Shown here piece by piece: positions 9,562 through 18,924 of a stretch of 62,954 nt of DNA. A program made the translations under genes and the position numbers. How positions within the stretch are numbered: the stretch's first letter is position 1; every line of letters starts with the position of its first letter. The stretch spans positions 1 through 62,954 of the IMG/VR virus record IMGVR_UViG_3300035703_000093; one strand, 5' to 3'. Under the pieces are notes generated by a model. That model was not told the DNA's origin. It ran no database searches and saw only the letters and a program-made list of their open reading frames with translations. The stretch is from a virus. Taxonomy: Duplodnaviria; Caudoviricetes.

Positions 9562-10215
9562 TTAGATGGCGGTGTGGGCTTGATCGCGGGCGGTGTTGAG
9601 TTCACTCATGGCTTCGTGGCTGCCGCCGGGCAGGTCGGGGTGGCAGACTTTGGCGCGGTCGCGCCATGCGGCGTCGATGACGGCGGGGTCGCGGGTGGGT
9701 GGAATACCGAGCACCGTCCAACAGGTGCGTGCCTGGACATCACCGGGAGCTGGTAGGGCTTCAAAACCGGTGAAGGCGCGGTTGCACTCGCTGACGCCCC
9801 AGCGTTCGATGCTGCGGAGCGCATCGAGTGTGGCAGCGATGCCGGCGATGTTGTCGGCGACGCGGCTCCATTTATCGCAGCACATCACCTTGTCTTTGCC
9901 ATCGAGGCGGAAGTAGATGGCTGCTCCGGGGTCGGCGGGCTCGGGTTGTCCGCTGGAGGGGAGTCCGTCGAGGCGGGTGCGCAGGTTGGTGGAGAGAATA
10001 GCGTCCGGGACGTGGCAGCGGTCGTAATGGGTGCGGCTGTTGAAGCCATCGAGCGCAGATTGGAGGCGTTTCACGGCCTCGGCAATGGTGAGGCGCTGCC
10101 GGTTTTTCCATTGAGATGCACCAGCGTTTTTGATGGTGCCGAATTGAGCGTTGGAGCGCGATGTGGTGCGCTGGTAGCCAGTAGGCCAGGCGAGAGGGTA
10201 GCGAGTGACGGACAT
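9562..10215 (-). CDS. J-domain (DnaJ-like) phage protein
   Basis: N-terminal YPLAWP.G..RT; C-terminal WTVLGI...AKVCHPD..GGS..AMSELN (HPD motif). Confidence 0.85.
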   Translation of the reverse strand: MSVTRYPLAWPTGYQRTTSRSNAQFGTIKNAGASQWKNRQRLTIAEAVKRLQSALDGFNSRTHYDRCHVPDAILSTNLRTRLDGLPSSGQPEPADPGAAIYFRLDGKDKVMCCDKWSRVADNIAGIAATLDALRSIERWGVSECNRAFTGFEALPAPGDVQARTCWTVLGIPPTRDPAVIDAAWRDRAKVCHPDLPGGSHEAMSELNTARDQAHTAI

Positions 10216-10235
10216 GGGGGCGGGGGTGTGTGGTT

Positions 10236-11081
10236 CTATTCGGCGAATTGGTCGGGTTTGGAGGTGAGGTGCCAGAAGCTGCAACGGGGGCACTCGTAGG
10301 CGCGGAGGTAGGCGGGGCGGGTGTTGCGGCGAGGTTGGCGGCCTTGGGTGCGGTGGTTGATGGCGGTCTGGGCTTCTTTGAGGGTGCCGTAGCAGTGTTT
10401 GGTGCATTGGGTGGTGCCGTCTGGCATCTCGCGATGGAACTGGGGGCCGGCGGGATTGTCGGCGGTGGCGTGGCCGTGGGTTTTGCGCCAGTCGTCGGCG
10501 TCGGCGGCTGCGGCGCGGGTGCTGACGAGGCTGGCCCCGAGGTCGAGGGCGATTTTTTGAGCGGCGGGGGTGAGGAGATAGTGAGGCGGGGCGGTGGCGT
10601 CTGCGGGACGAAACCACTGCCGCCAGAGGTCGAGAGCGCCGTGGGCGAAGGCGTGGAGGTAGGGGAGGTGGTCGTCCTGGGTGACGTAGAGCCGGGACGC
10701 GCCCTCGCGGAAGATGCCTTTGGAGCCGGGGTGGATGCGGACGGCATCGACGGTGAGGGTGATTTCCGGCAGGGGCGCGGGTGGCAGGGGGAAGCGGGAG
10801 AGGTAGTCGCGCACGGGCTGCCATTCGCGCCAGGTGGCGGCCCATGGCTGGGCGTCGATCCAGCGGAGGTAGTCGGTGGGGACGGCGCGGAGGTGTTTGC
10901 CGCTATGGTCGCCGATGGGCATGAAGTCGTCGGGCATGAGGACGCGTCCGCCGTCGGTTTTGACGCTGCGGCGGGCGTGGTAGGGCATGCCGGCCTTGGC
11001 GGCGGCCTGGGTGGGGTCAAACTGAGGGCCGTTGAAGAGCCGGTGGCGGCGGCGGTCGTCGGCGTTGAAGATGGCGGGCAT
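10236..11081 (-). CDS. Multidomain protein: DUF3820-like + DUF4031-like + C-terminal zinc finger
   Basis: MPIGDHSGKHLRAVPTDYLRW; LHAFA...RQWF...PHYLLT; RAYECPRCSFWHLTS. Confidence 0.7.
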   Translation of the reverse strand: MPAIFNADDRRRHRLFNGPQFDPTQAAAKAGMPYHARRSVKTDGGRVLMPDDFMPIGDHSGKHLRAVPTDYLRWIDAQPWAATWREWQPVRDYLSRFPLPPAPLPEITLTVDAVRIHPGSKGIFREGASRLYVTQDDHLPYLHAFAHGALDLWRQWFRPADATAPPHYLLTPAAQKIALDLGASLVSTRAAAADADDWRKTHGHATADNPAGPQFHREMPDGTTQCTKHCYGTLKEAQTAINHRTQGRQPRRNTRPAYLRAYECPRCSFWHLTSKPDQFAE

Positions 11082-11113
11082 GGCGGGGAGTGGGGAATGA
11101 CGAATGCGGAATG

Positions 11114-11692
11114 TCAGGGATGGATGAGGTGGGCGTGTTCTTCGAGGAGTTCGAGCAAGCGGCAGAAGGAGCGGAAGGACAAAGTGCGGCAGAAGGTTTC
11201 GTAAAGCTCGCTGGTGTCTGGGTCCGTGATGAAGGGATAACAGCCACCGGTGCCGGTGGAGTGGTCGTTGTAAACGCGGAGACGGAGCGCCTCGTAGAAC
11301 GGCCTGAGTCTGGCATTGCGCTCGGTGGTGGGCAGATTGCGCATCTTGCCGAAGAAAAGTTGGGGCACGGGGCCTGACAGCTCGGGCATTTCACGCACGA
11401 GTTTTGTAAAGAGCTGGTTGGCAAGTTCTGCGAGGAAGTGTCCGGGTTGTTTGAGTCCGGCCATGGCGCGGCGGTCCACTTGGACCGCGACGCAATAGAC
11501 CTCTCCTGGGGGAGTCTCATGAACGGAGGTGACGCCGATGGAGGACAGCCGGCTCTTGAGGGATTCTATCTGCCGCTGTTTTTCGCTGACGATGCGGTTG
11601 ATGGCGTCGTAACGGGTTTGGGCCTCCTTTTCGGACTCGCGCAACTGGCGGCGGAGGAGTTTGGTTTTGGAGAGATTTTTGGGGCGGCTCAT
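11114..11692 (-). CDS. Hypothetical protein with N-terminal coiled coil
   Basis: MSRPKNLSK...; ATGA overlap. Confidence 0.6.
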   Translation of the reverse strand: MSRPKNLSKTKLLRRQLRESEKEAQTRYDAINRIVSEKQRQIESLKSRLSSIGVTSVHETPPGEVYCVAVQVDRRAMAGLKQPGHFLAELANQLFTKLVREMPELSGPVPQLFFGKMRNLPTTERNARLRPFYEALRLRVYNDHSTGTGGCYPFITDPDTSELYETFCRTLSFRSFCRLLELLEEHAHLIHP

Positions 11693-11946
11693 GGTGGTGG
11701 CAGGAGGGTGCGGAGGTGGGCGGTGAGGCGGTCGATGACTTGATGGCCGGTGTCGGTAATCTCGTAGAAGGGACTGTGGGCGCGGCGCGGATCGGGGGAG
11801 GCCTTGGATTGGCTGAGCCAGCCTGCGGCCACCATGGGAGCCAGGTGCTCGGTGGTGAGGCCGGGGATGTTGAGCAAGCCGACCTGCATGCGGCGGTTGA
11901 GGCGTGCGAAACGCAGCAGGGCTTCGAGGGAGAGGTCGCAGATCAT
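11689..11946 (-). CDS. Small winged-helix-like protein
   Basis: HLAPMVAAGWL...FYEITDTG pattern. Confidence 0.55.
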   Translation of the reverse strand: MICDLSLEALLRFARLNRRMQVGLLNIPGLTTEHLAPMVAAGWLSQSKASPDPRRAHSPFYEITDTGHQVIDRLTAHLRTLLPPP

Positions 11947-12218
11947 GGGTGTTTAGTCGGTGTGGGTGAGGAGGGGATGCGGTAGATGTCGTAGCCGCCA
12001 TTTTCTTTGCGTACTTTGAAGGTGGCTCCGGTCAGGGTGGCGACGGCGGCGGCTGTGTGGTAGGCTTTGGAGCGTGCGTGCGGTTGGGTTGGCCTCCAGC
12101 GGAGCACTTCACCCTCCTGCAACTGCTCCAGTTTCAGCCGCAGGTCTGATTTAGGGCTGCCACGCCCGATGATGGGCGGGGCCTCAGCGCGTTCGATGGT
12201 GAATTCTTCTGGCGGCAT
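11943..12218 (-). CDS. Small putative DNA-binding protein
   Basis: LEQLQEGE...FKVRKENGGYDIYR. Confidence 0.55.
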   Translation of the reverse strand: MPPEEFTIERAEAPPIIGRGSPKSDLRLKLEQLQEGEVLRWRPTQPHARSKAYHTAAAVATLTGATFKVRKENGGYDIYRIPSSPTPTKHP

Positions 12219-12396
12219 GGGGGTTAACTGCGGCGTGGCGTGGTGTGGGAGGAATCGCGCCAGTTTGGTCGATGGTATGGGTCAGCCCAGACGCGTCCGT
12301 AGGGTGATTTGATGAGGGTCTTGATCCAAGACCTGGGAGAATTTGGCGGCGCGGGAGATTTCATGACGTGATGGACTGGATTGACCGGAGGGACGG

Positions 12397-13410
12397 TTAG
12401 GAGGCGAAGGGCAGCGGGGTGAAGGTTTGGAAGCCGGCGGCGCAGGGGTGGCCGCCTCCGCCGGGGGCCATGGCGGCGGCGATTTCGGAGACGTTGACGT
12501 GACCGTGCGGGTGGCCTAACTGGCGGCTGCGGAGGGAATAGACGGCGGCCCCGGTGGTAGGATGGATAAACCAGGAAGCGGCAAAGGGCGTGTCGGGGTA
12601 GGCGCGGAGAAGCTCGGTGCAGGCGTCGGAGATGAGGCCGGTGTCGAGGCCGTTGACGGCGGGGATGCGTTTCAACTTCCAAGTTCCAAGTTCCAAGTTG
12701 GGAAGCTGGGAGAAGTCGAGCCAGTGGCAGGCGTTGACGGCGCTGGCGATGATGCAGCCGTCGGCGACGCGGAGGCGGGCACCGATGGCGATGGCCTCGA
12801 TCAACGATGGGTTGTGATTGAGGGGATTGCCAGACAGCAACTTCCACCAAACACCGAATTCTCGCGGAATGCAGCGGAAGAGGTAGGCGTGAAGATTGAG
12901 CGCCTTGGTGGACAGTGGGTGATCCGGCTGTTGGAAGGCGTGGCCGAGATCCCGCCATTCGATCAAAGAGGTGGCTGGGCTTGTGTCGGCGGTTTGGAAA
13001 AAGTGTTTCCATGTCAACCCTGCGCCGGAATGGATGAAGCTAAAAATGGACTTGAAAGGCGGGATTGATTTTTTGTGTCTAAACAGGGGGGTGTCGCCAG
13101 GAGAGTACCCGTGCAAAGGAGAGGCTTTCTCGTGGTGGTCGATGATGGTGAGGGGGATGATGTTGTCCGGGTAGTCCTCCAGGAAGCGGTCGATGACGTT
13201 TTGCGGGGGCGTGTAGTCGAGGTAGGTGAGGGTGTCGCCGGTGTAGAGCACCTGGTCAGCGCCGAGCGGCATTTGGTCGCGGTCGCCGTAATTGACGGGC
13301 TGCGGGTTGATGTGTTCGAGCGCGACTCCTTGTGAGAGCAAGGCATGGCGGGCGATGCAGGCGGCGGCGAAACCGTCGGCGCAGTTGGCGTGGTAGAGGA
13401 GGTGGTGCAT
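12397..13410 (-). CDS. DHH/DHHA1 family phosphoesterase
   Basis: YHANCADG, IIDHH, YSLRS, GGGHPCAAGF. Confidence 0.9.
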   Translation of the reverse strand: MHHLLYHANCADGFAAACIARHALLSQGVALEHINPQPVNYGDRDQMPLGADQVLYTGDTLTYLDYTPPQNVIDRFLEDYPDNIIPLTIIDHHEKASPLHGYSPGDTPLFRHKKSIPPFKSIFSFIHSGAGLTWKHFFQTADTSPATSLIEWRDLGHAFQQPDHPLSTKALNLHAYLFRCIPREFGVWWKLLSGNPLNHNPSLIEAIAIGARLRVADGCIIASAVNACHWLDFSQLPNLELGTWKLKRIPAVNGLDTGLISDACTELLRAYPDTPFAASWFIHPTTGAAVYSLRSRQLGHPHGHVNVSEIAAAMAPGGGGHPCAAGFQTFTPLPFAS

Positions 13411-13449
13411 GGTGGGAAAGGTGGAATGACGAATGTGGAATGACGGGGA

Positions 13450-13785
13450 TCAGGACAGGAGGATGTGGCGGAGGGTTTCGAGGGTGGCGGCGCGGAGCTT
13501 GGTTTTGGTTTCGGTTTTGCCGTTGGCCTTGGGAACGTCCTCGTTGCGGAGCTTGCCGGTGACGAGGATGCGGTCGCCTTTGGTGAGCTTCATGGCGCGG
13601 TCGCGGACGGGGCCGTAGCAGACGACACCGATGAAGTCGGTGCGCTCCTGGAGCTGCTTGTCCTTGTCGCGCCACTGGTCGGCGACGGCGAGGGTGAAGT
13701 CGCAGCCTTCGCCGGTGTCGGTGACAAAAGGCCGGGGGTCGGCGGTGAGGTGGCCGGAGAGGTGGGTGTCGTTGTGGTCGCGCAT
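13450..13785 (-). CDS. ssb: Single-stranded DNA-binding protein
   Basis: LSGHLTADP...FTLAV...ERTDFI.VVCYG...LTKGDRILVTGKLR. No acidic tail. Confidence 0.88.
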   Translation of the reverse strand: MRDHNDTHLSGHLTADPRPFVTDTGEGCDFTLAVADQWRDKDKQLQERTDFIGVVCYGPVRDRAMKLTKGDRILVTGKLRNEDVPKANGKTETKTKLRAATLETLRHILLS

Positions 13786-13822
13786 GCTTTTTTAAGGGTT
13801 CTCGGTTCGCTGTTCTCGGTTC

Positions 13823-14500
13823 TCAGTTGTTGGCGGATTCGAGGGTTTCGATGCGTTCTTCGAGTTTGAGGAGGTGGTTGCGCAGGCCGGAGAGGATGGT
13901 GGCAAGGTCGTTGTCCTTGAGGGGATCAAGCTGGATGCCGTGCTCGATGACTTTGGCCTGGAGTGCCGCGAGGTCGATGTTGTGCGCGGGCTCGGCGGCG
14001 GGTTTGGCGGGCTTCACCTTGTCGATGCCGAGGATCTTGCGCATGCTGGCGATGTTGCCGGCGGTGATGGTGATGGCTTTCTCGGCGAGGTCTTGCGTGG
14101 CTTTGATGGCTGCGGCGTTGTCGGACTCGGTGGCGACGTAGGCTTCATTATCGGCCTGCTGCATCCAGTATTGCAGGGTTGCCCGTTCGGTGAAGGTGAG
14201 GGCGTTGGTGGTGCGGGTGCGCTTGTTGGCCGGGGGTGGTGGGATGGAAGGAATGTGTAGGGTGAGGGCGACGCTGGCCTCGCGGTCCCAGTGCTTGGAG
14301 AGGGCGCGGTTGAGGTAGTCGTGCTGGGATGGACTGGTGAGGATGTCGTAGCTGTGCGGGGTGGTGACTTCGGCGAGGATGTGGTCGTCGCCGATGTGGG
14401 TGACGAGGATGTCGAGCAGGGCGGCGGAGATGAGGGGGCGCTCGGCGTCGATGAGGGCGGCGAGTTTCGGGAAGGCGGTGGCGAGGGGTGTGGGCTGCAT
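13823..14500 (-). CDS. Hypothetical protein
   Basis: MQPTPLATAF...; codon pattern matches neighbours. Confidence 0.6.
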   Translation of the reverse strand: MQPTPLATAFPKLAALIDAERPLISAALLDILVTHIGDDHILAEVTTPHSYDILTSPSQHDYLNRALSKHWDREASVALTLHIPSIPPPPANKRTRTTNALTFTERATLQYWMQQADNEAYVATESDNAAAIKATQDLAEKAITITAGNIASMRKILGIDKVKPAKPAAEPAHNIDLAALQAKVIEHGIQLDPLKDNDLATILSGLRNHLLKLEERIETLESANN

Positions 14501-14553
14501 GGTGCTGTGTAGGGTTGACGGTTGTTGACTTGGTTGACGTTGTTGACGGTGGT

Positions 14554-15087
14554 TTAGGAGGCGGGTTTTGAGGGTGGGAGGGGTTTGGGGAGGTGGCGCT
14601 GGAGGGAAGCGAGGTGGCGGAGGAGTTCGCGGTATTCGTCGGTGCCGGGGGCGATGTTGGCGCTGGCTGCCTCGATGGCGGGGGTGAGCCAGGCCAGGGC
14701 CTCCTCGTTGGTGGCGGGGCGCACGATCACAGCGCGGGCGGCGGGGCGGTGAGAGACGTGGCTGACGATGATCTGGGCGGGGGTGAAAAGCTGGATGAAC
14801 CAGGTGGCCTTGTCCTCGGGGTGCAGTTTGATGAGACGGCCGGTGGGCATGCCAAGGCCGCTGGCCTTGACGATGATGACGGCGGCGATGTGCTGGAGGT
14901 CGCCATTGAGCGGCGGTTCCTCGGTGATCTCCGTGGCGCACTGGCGGCAGTGGGGCGGGTGCTCGGTGAGCAGGTTGAGGAGGGTGGCGGGATCGGTGAC
15001 GGGGTAGGCGTGGTAGACGCCGAGGGTTTTCTCACAGCGGTGGCATTGGCCGCCGCGGAGGGCGAGGAGAGTGGCGGGGGTGAGCAT
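14554..15087 (-). CDS. Hypothetical protein with two CxxC motifs
   Basis: CHRC and CRQC. Confidence 0.6.
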   Translation of the reverse strand: MLTPATLLALRGGQCHRCEKTLGVYHAYPVTDPATLLNLLTEHPPHCRQCATEITEEPPLNGDLQHIAAVIIVKASGLGMPTGRLIKLHPEDKATWFIQLFTPAQIIVSHVSHRPAARAVIVRPATNEEALAWLTPAIEAASANIAPGTDEYRELLRHLASLQRHLPKPLPPSKPAS

Positions 15088-15091
15088 GGTA

Positions 15092-15136
15092 GAATGAGGA
15101 ATGAGGAATGAGGAATGAGGAATGAGGAATGACGAA
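15092..15136. repeat. Heptamer tandem array GAATGAG/GAATGAC
   Basis: About 6 units. Related GAATG(A/C)(G/C) runs at about 7754, 11095, 13424, 16844, 17500, 49560 and 52147, mostly intergenic. Confidence 0.9.
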
Positions 15137-15138
15137 GG

Positions 15139-15345
15139 TCAGGTTTCTGGAGGGGAAGCGGGTTGTTTTTCTTGCTGCCATTCCCGCCCAGCCATGCGGA
15201 TGGCGTCGATGCTGTCGAGCCCGGCCTTGATGAAGAGCGGCACAAACAGCCAGCGTGGACAACCTGCTTCGAGGGCGCAAAAAGCGACGATGAACCAGAG
15301 GGCGGAGATGACTTCTTCGACTTTGGAGGGGGTCCAGGAGCGCAT
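15139..15345 (-). CDS. Small membrane protein
   Basis: Two hydrophobic segments. Confidence 0.45.
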   Translation of the reverse strand: MRSWTPSKVEEVISALWFIVAFCALEAGCPRWLFVPLFIKAGLDSIDAIRMAGREWQQEKQPASPPET

Positions 15346-15391
15346 GGGGAGAGTAGAAGCAGGAGGACGAGCAGGAGTGCCGGTGGTGAGG

Positions 15392-15679
15392 TTATTGGCA
15401 CATGGGGAGATCGGCGAAGGGGATGCCGAGTTCGTGGCAGTGGGTGGTGGCGTGCGGGTGGGAGGCGGGGCGGCGGTGGTGATGGAGGCCGTGGTTGGAG
15501 GACATCAAGCTGCGTGGCAGGGCGTTGAGGCCGGTTTCCGGCATGAGGGAGCCGTCGTCGTCACGCGGGGCGAGATCGGCGGGGACGCAGGGGGCGATGT
15601 CGTGGAGGAAGCAGCCGGAGAGGAGCCGGTGGCAGAGGTGGCAGTTGCCGTCCTGGTCGGTGTCATTGGGGCAGTTCAT
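15392..15679 (-). CDS. Cys/His-rich hypothetical protein
   Basis: CPNDTDQDGNCHLC; ATGA overlap with the replication gene. Confidence 0.55.
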   Translation of the reverse strand: MNCPNDTDQDGNCHLCHRLLSGCFLHDIAPCVPADLAPRDDDGSLMPETGLNALPRSLMSSNHGLHHHRRPASHPHATTHCHELGIPFADLPMCQ

Positions 15680-16833
15680 GCGGCGGCGGGGTTTGTTGCG
15701 ACGGTGGCGAGGTGGGAGGGGATTTTACCGCCCTGGGCGGCGAGGAGGCCGAGGAAGGCGTTTTCGTTGGCGGCGGGGGTCGGCGGGGTCGTGTTTGCGC
15801 GGGTGGACAGGCTGGCAGCTTGTTTCACGACGGGAGGGCCGAGGCGGGGCTTTTTGCAAAGTTTCCAAGTGGTGGTCGCTCGTTTGATGATGCCGTCGAG
15901 GCCGTCGATGAAGACGCCTTTTTTTGCGGTGAGCCGCTCGGGGTTGTTTTGATTTTGGTTGGCGGGCGAGTCGATCCACTGCGCGAACCAGCGTAAGAGT
16001 TGCCATTGCTGGTCGGTCACGGCTTCGAGCGAGGCTAGATGCTGAAGAACTTTGCTTTCGTCCTCGTATCCCCAGAGTTTTAGCTGGTTCCATTCGTCGC
16101 AGACGGCGTCAATCCTGGCCTTTTGGCGGTTGATGCGTGACAGGGTAGAGTTGGGGTCTGAGGCGGAAAGCCGGATGCGGACGGGGGCGTCCGCGCTCCG
16201 TTCAGAGTCAGAGTCAGAGTCAGAGTCAGAGATAGATGAAGAACAAGATAAAGAGGGCGTTACGTTATTCTCCTCGTGATGTTGCGTGACGGGGGGCGTG
16301 ACGCGTGACGTTACGGCGTCACGGGGGGTGTTGACCGTGTTGGCGGCGTTGACGGAGGGTGACGGTGCTTCCTGGAATTGTTCCTCAGCGGCTTTGCGCC
16401 GGTCGCGCAGGCGCTGCTGACGCCTCGCGGCGGCGGTCTTGCTGCGCTCGCCGTTTTTGTCGGGCGCGTTGTGTTCCACAAACCGGGGGAGGGTGACGGT
16501 GTGGGCTTCGGCGTCGTGGATGGCGTAGCCGACGGAGGCCATGGCGGCCCCGAAGCCGGGGATGTGGGCGAGGTCGTCGAGGTAGGAGAGATCGGCGTGA
16601 CGGAAGACGCCGTCGGTGGTGTGGTCGTTGGCGGCGAACCAGACGCGTGACAGGCCCATCACCGTCACGTCACGCAGGGCGTTACGCGTGACGGTGTCCG
16701 TCACGCTTCCAAACAAGTCCTTGGACTGGTAGGTGAGGATGTAGCCGGGGGCGGATTTGGCGATGTGGGCGGCCATGCGGTGGACGCGGGGGTCGCTTTC
16801 AAGGTCGGCGCGGATTTTGATCCAGGAGGGCAT
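15676..16833 (-). CDS. Phage replication initiator-like protein
   Basis: N-terminal WIKIRADL..DPRV..MA...GLSRVW; LPRFVEHN; A.RQQR.R; (SD)n linker encoded by (TCAGAG)5 at 16202-16231. Confidence 0.75.
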   Translation of the reverse strand: MPSWIKIRADLESDPRVHRMAAHIAKSAPGYILTYQSKDLFGSVTDTVTRNALRDVTVMGLSRVWFAANDHTTDGVFRHADLSYLDDLAHIPGFGAAMASVGYAIHDAEAHTVTLPRFVEHNAPDKNGERSKTAAARRQQRLRDRRKAAEEQFQEAPSPSVNAANTVNTPRDAVTSRVTPPVTQHHEENNVTPSLSCSSSISDSDSDSDSERSADAPVRIRLSASDPNSTLSRINRQKARIDAVCDEWNQLKLWGYEDESKVLQHLASLEAVTDQQWQLLRWFAQWIDSPANQNQNNPERLTAKKGVFIDGLDGIIKRATTTWKLCKKPRLGPPVVKQAASLSTRANTTPPTPAANENAFLGLLAAQGGKIPSHLATVATNPAAA

Positions 16834-16878
16834 GGGTGGTGGAAATGACGAATGCGGAATGCGGAATGTTGGCGTGGG

Positions 16879-17205
16879 TTACTGTGGCTGAACGGTGGTT
16901 GACGGTGGTGTCTGGGAGGTTGGAAGGATGAATTCGAGGTTGATCCGCTCGCAGTGTTTTTTGAACTCGTCCGGGCTCAAACGAAGGCCGCCGGCGTAGC
17001 AGATGCCACGTGACTGGGCGGCGAGGTAAGGTTGGCACATGCTTTCAGGCTTGCCTGGCTCGTAGCGGGTGGCACACACGTCGCGGCAGGGTGGAAGGTT
17101 GCTGAGATCGCCGTGGAATCGGTAGTCCACGAAGCAGACGATGCGGTGGTGGGGCATCAGGCTCAGGAGCAGGTCGTAGTCGCGGCTTGTGGTGTAGGTG
17201 GGCAT
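16879..17205 (-). CDS. Hypothetical protein
   Basis: MPTYTTSRDY...IVCFVDY...CRDVCAT. Confidence 0.65.
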   Translation of the reverse strand: MPTYTTSRDYDLLLSLMPHHRIVCFVDYRFHGDLSNLPPCRDVCATRYEPGKPESMCQPYLAAQSRGICYAGGLRLSPDEFKKHCERINLEFILPTSQTPPSTTVQPQ

Positions 17206-17253
17206 GGGGGCGGGGGGGTGGATTGAGGACAGGCTGGCAGCCTGTTTCACGGG

Positions 17254-17490
17254 TCAGGCGGGGCGGCGTTTGGCGAGGCGTTTGGTGATGTGGTAGTAGA
17301 GGCGGCGGGCCTCGGCCTCGGTGAGCTTTTTTTCTTGCGCGATGGCGTCCTTGATGCGCACGGCGGGCCAGTCCTGGTCGGCGAGGTAGTCGATGGTGGG
17401 ATCGACGCTGGCGTAGGCGAGTTTGGAGCGGGCCGGGGTGGCGGGCCGGGTCCAGGTGCGGGCTTTGGCGAGGAGGTCGGCGGCGGTCAT
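17254..17490 (-). CDS. Hypothetical protein
   Basis: MTAADLLAKAR... Confidence 0.55.
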   Translation of the reverse strand: MTAADLLAKARTWTRPATPARSKLAYASVDPTIDYLADQDWPAVRIKDAIAQEKKLTEAEARRLYYHITKRLAKRRPA

Positions 17491-17646
17491 GGGCGGGGGA
17501 AATGACGAATGCGGAATGCGGAATGCGGAATGTTGGCGTGGTTTACTGTGGCTGAACGGTGGTTTGGGTGCCCCGATACCTGGCGCTAGCTGCCGGGTTT
17601 GCGATTGTGCTCGGGGCCACACACCGGGCCGGTTTGGCGGCGAGGG

Positions 17647-17871
17647 TTACTTGCTGGGCTCGGGACTGACGAGGGTGATCTCGGGCGCGGCCGGGGTGAT
17701 GAGGATCTGGCCGGTCTGGCGGGCGAGGTCGGCGTCCTCGGGCTTGAGGACTTTCTTGGCGACGAGGACACGCAGTCCGAGATCGCCGATGGCGACGGCT
17801 TTCTGGGTGGTGGCGGGGTTCTGGCAGCTTGTGAGGGCGGCGAGGATGAGGAGGGGGAGGATGTGTTTCAT
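17647..17871 (-). CDS. Small lipoprotein
   Basis: MKHILPLLILAALTS-C lipobox. Confidence 0.65.
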   Translation of the reverse strand: MKHILPLLILAALTSCQNPATTQKAVAIGDLGLRVLVAKKVLKPEDADLARQTGQILITPAAPEITLVSPEPSK

Positions 17872-17920
17872 GGGATGTGTTTGCGGTGGTTTGCTGTTGT
17901 TGGCGTTGTTGGCGGTGGTT

Positions 17921-18865
17921 TCAGATGCCGAGGGAGAGGGGTTCGGGTGCGCTGGGAGCGGTGCCGGAGTAGATGGGGGCGATGTTCTCGAAGGCGGTGC
18001 GAAGGAAGGTGACTTCCTCCTCGAAGAGTTTGTCGATGATCTCGTCGAGGTGGCGGAGGGCGAACCAGAAGCGGAGGCTCTTGGTGCCGGTGCAGTTGCC
18101 TTCCTTGTCTTTGTTGTCCACGATGCGGTGGAAGAGGCGGGCTTCGATGGCGACTTTTTCCCCGCCCTGCCAGATGGGGATGCCGATGGTGAAGCGGTCG
18201 ATGATGGCGGTGGAGACATCGCCTTCGCGGGCGTCGGTGAAGGTGTAGTTGGTTTCGCCGGAGGCGAGCTTCACGGCGGCTTTGAAGACCTGGGTGGAGG
18301 TGGCTTCGAGGTTTTCCGCGAAGGAGAGCACCTCGGCACCGGTGGGGGTGGCGATGTCGTGGATGACCTCGTCGAGGAAGAGGGCAAACTGCTCCTGGGT
18401 CATGTGCTGGTTGTTGACCTTCTTCCAGCGGTCGAACTGGTGGGAGTTTTTGAAGGCGACCTTGGCGGTGTGGTTGAGCCAGCGAGCGTCGCTGCCGGCG
18501 TGGTGGTAGTCGAGGAAGGCTTTGATGGTCATGCTGTCGCGGTCGGCGAAAATCACGGGCAGGTCAGGGTTGGCGACAGTTGCTTTATTGTCGGTCGAGG
18601 TGCGCACAGTCTGCGCGATGACGTAGGCGTGGAGGTCGCGGGCGGTGTGCAGCGCGATGTGGATCTGCGGCCGCAGGGGTGCGGGCATGAAGCGCTCCAT
18701 GGACTCCAGGGTGATGTCCTGGGGAGCGATGAGGAGCGGCGGGAGGTAGTCGCGCTCCTCGGTGATGCGGGCCTGGGAGGGATCGCGGTGGGAGAGGGCG
18801 AGGGCGGCTGCGACGCCGGCTTCGGTGGTGAGGTCGGGGTTGTGGAGGATGTCGATGGGTTTCAT
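17921..18865 (-). CDS. DUF2303 (YfdQ-like) family protein
   Basis: AFLDYH...W..H.A; MTQEQFALFLDE...DI..P.GAEVL; F.IGIPIWQG. Adjacent to its usual partner gene. Confidence 0.85.
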   Translation of the reverse strand: MKPIDILHNPDLTTEAGVAAALALSHRDPSQARITEERDYLPPLLIAPQDITLESMERFMPAPLRPQIHIALHTARDLHAYVIAQTVRTSTDNKATVANPDLPVIFADRDSMTIKAFLDYHHAGSDARWLNHTAKVAFKNSHQFDRWKKVNNQHMTQEQFALFLDEVIHDIATPTGAEVLSFAENLEATSTQVFKAAVKLASGETNYTFTDAREGDVSTAIIDRFTIGIPIWQGGEKVAIEARLFHRIVDNKDKEGNCTGTKSLRFWFALRHLDEIIDKLFEEEVTFLRTAFENIAPIYSGTAPSAPEPLSLGI

Positions 18866-18924
18866 GGGGTGGTGGGTGGGGAGTTGACGTTGTTGACGGT
18901 GGTTTACTGTTGTTGGTTGGGGGA

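Noticed and set aside
17570-17618. Riboswitch or antisense RNA in the GCCCCGA...TCGGGGC hairpin
   Set aside because: The pairing is real but I could not match it to a family; GC-rich hairpins of this size can arise by chance.
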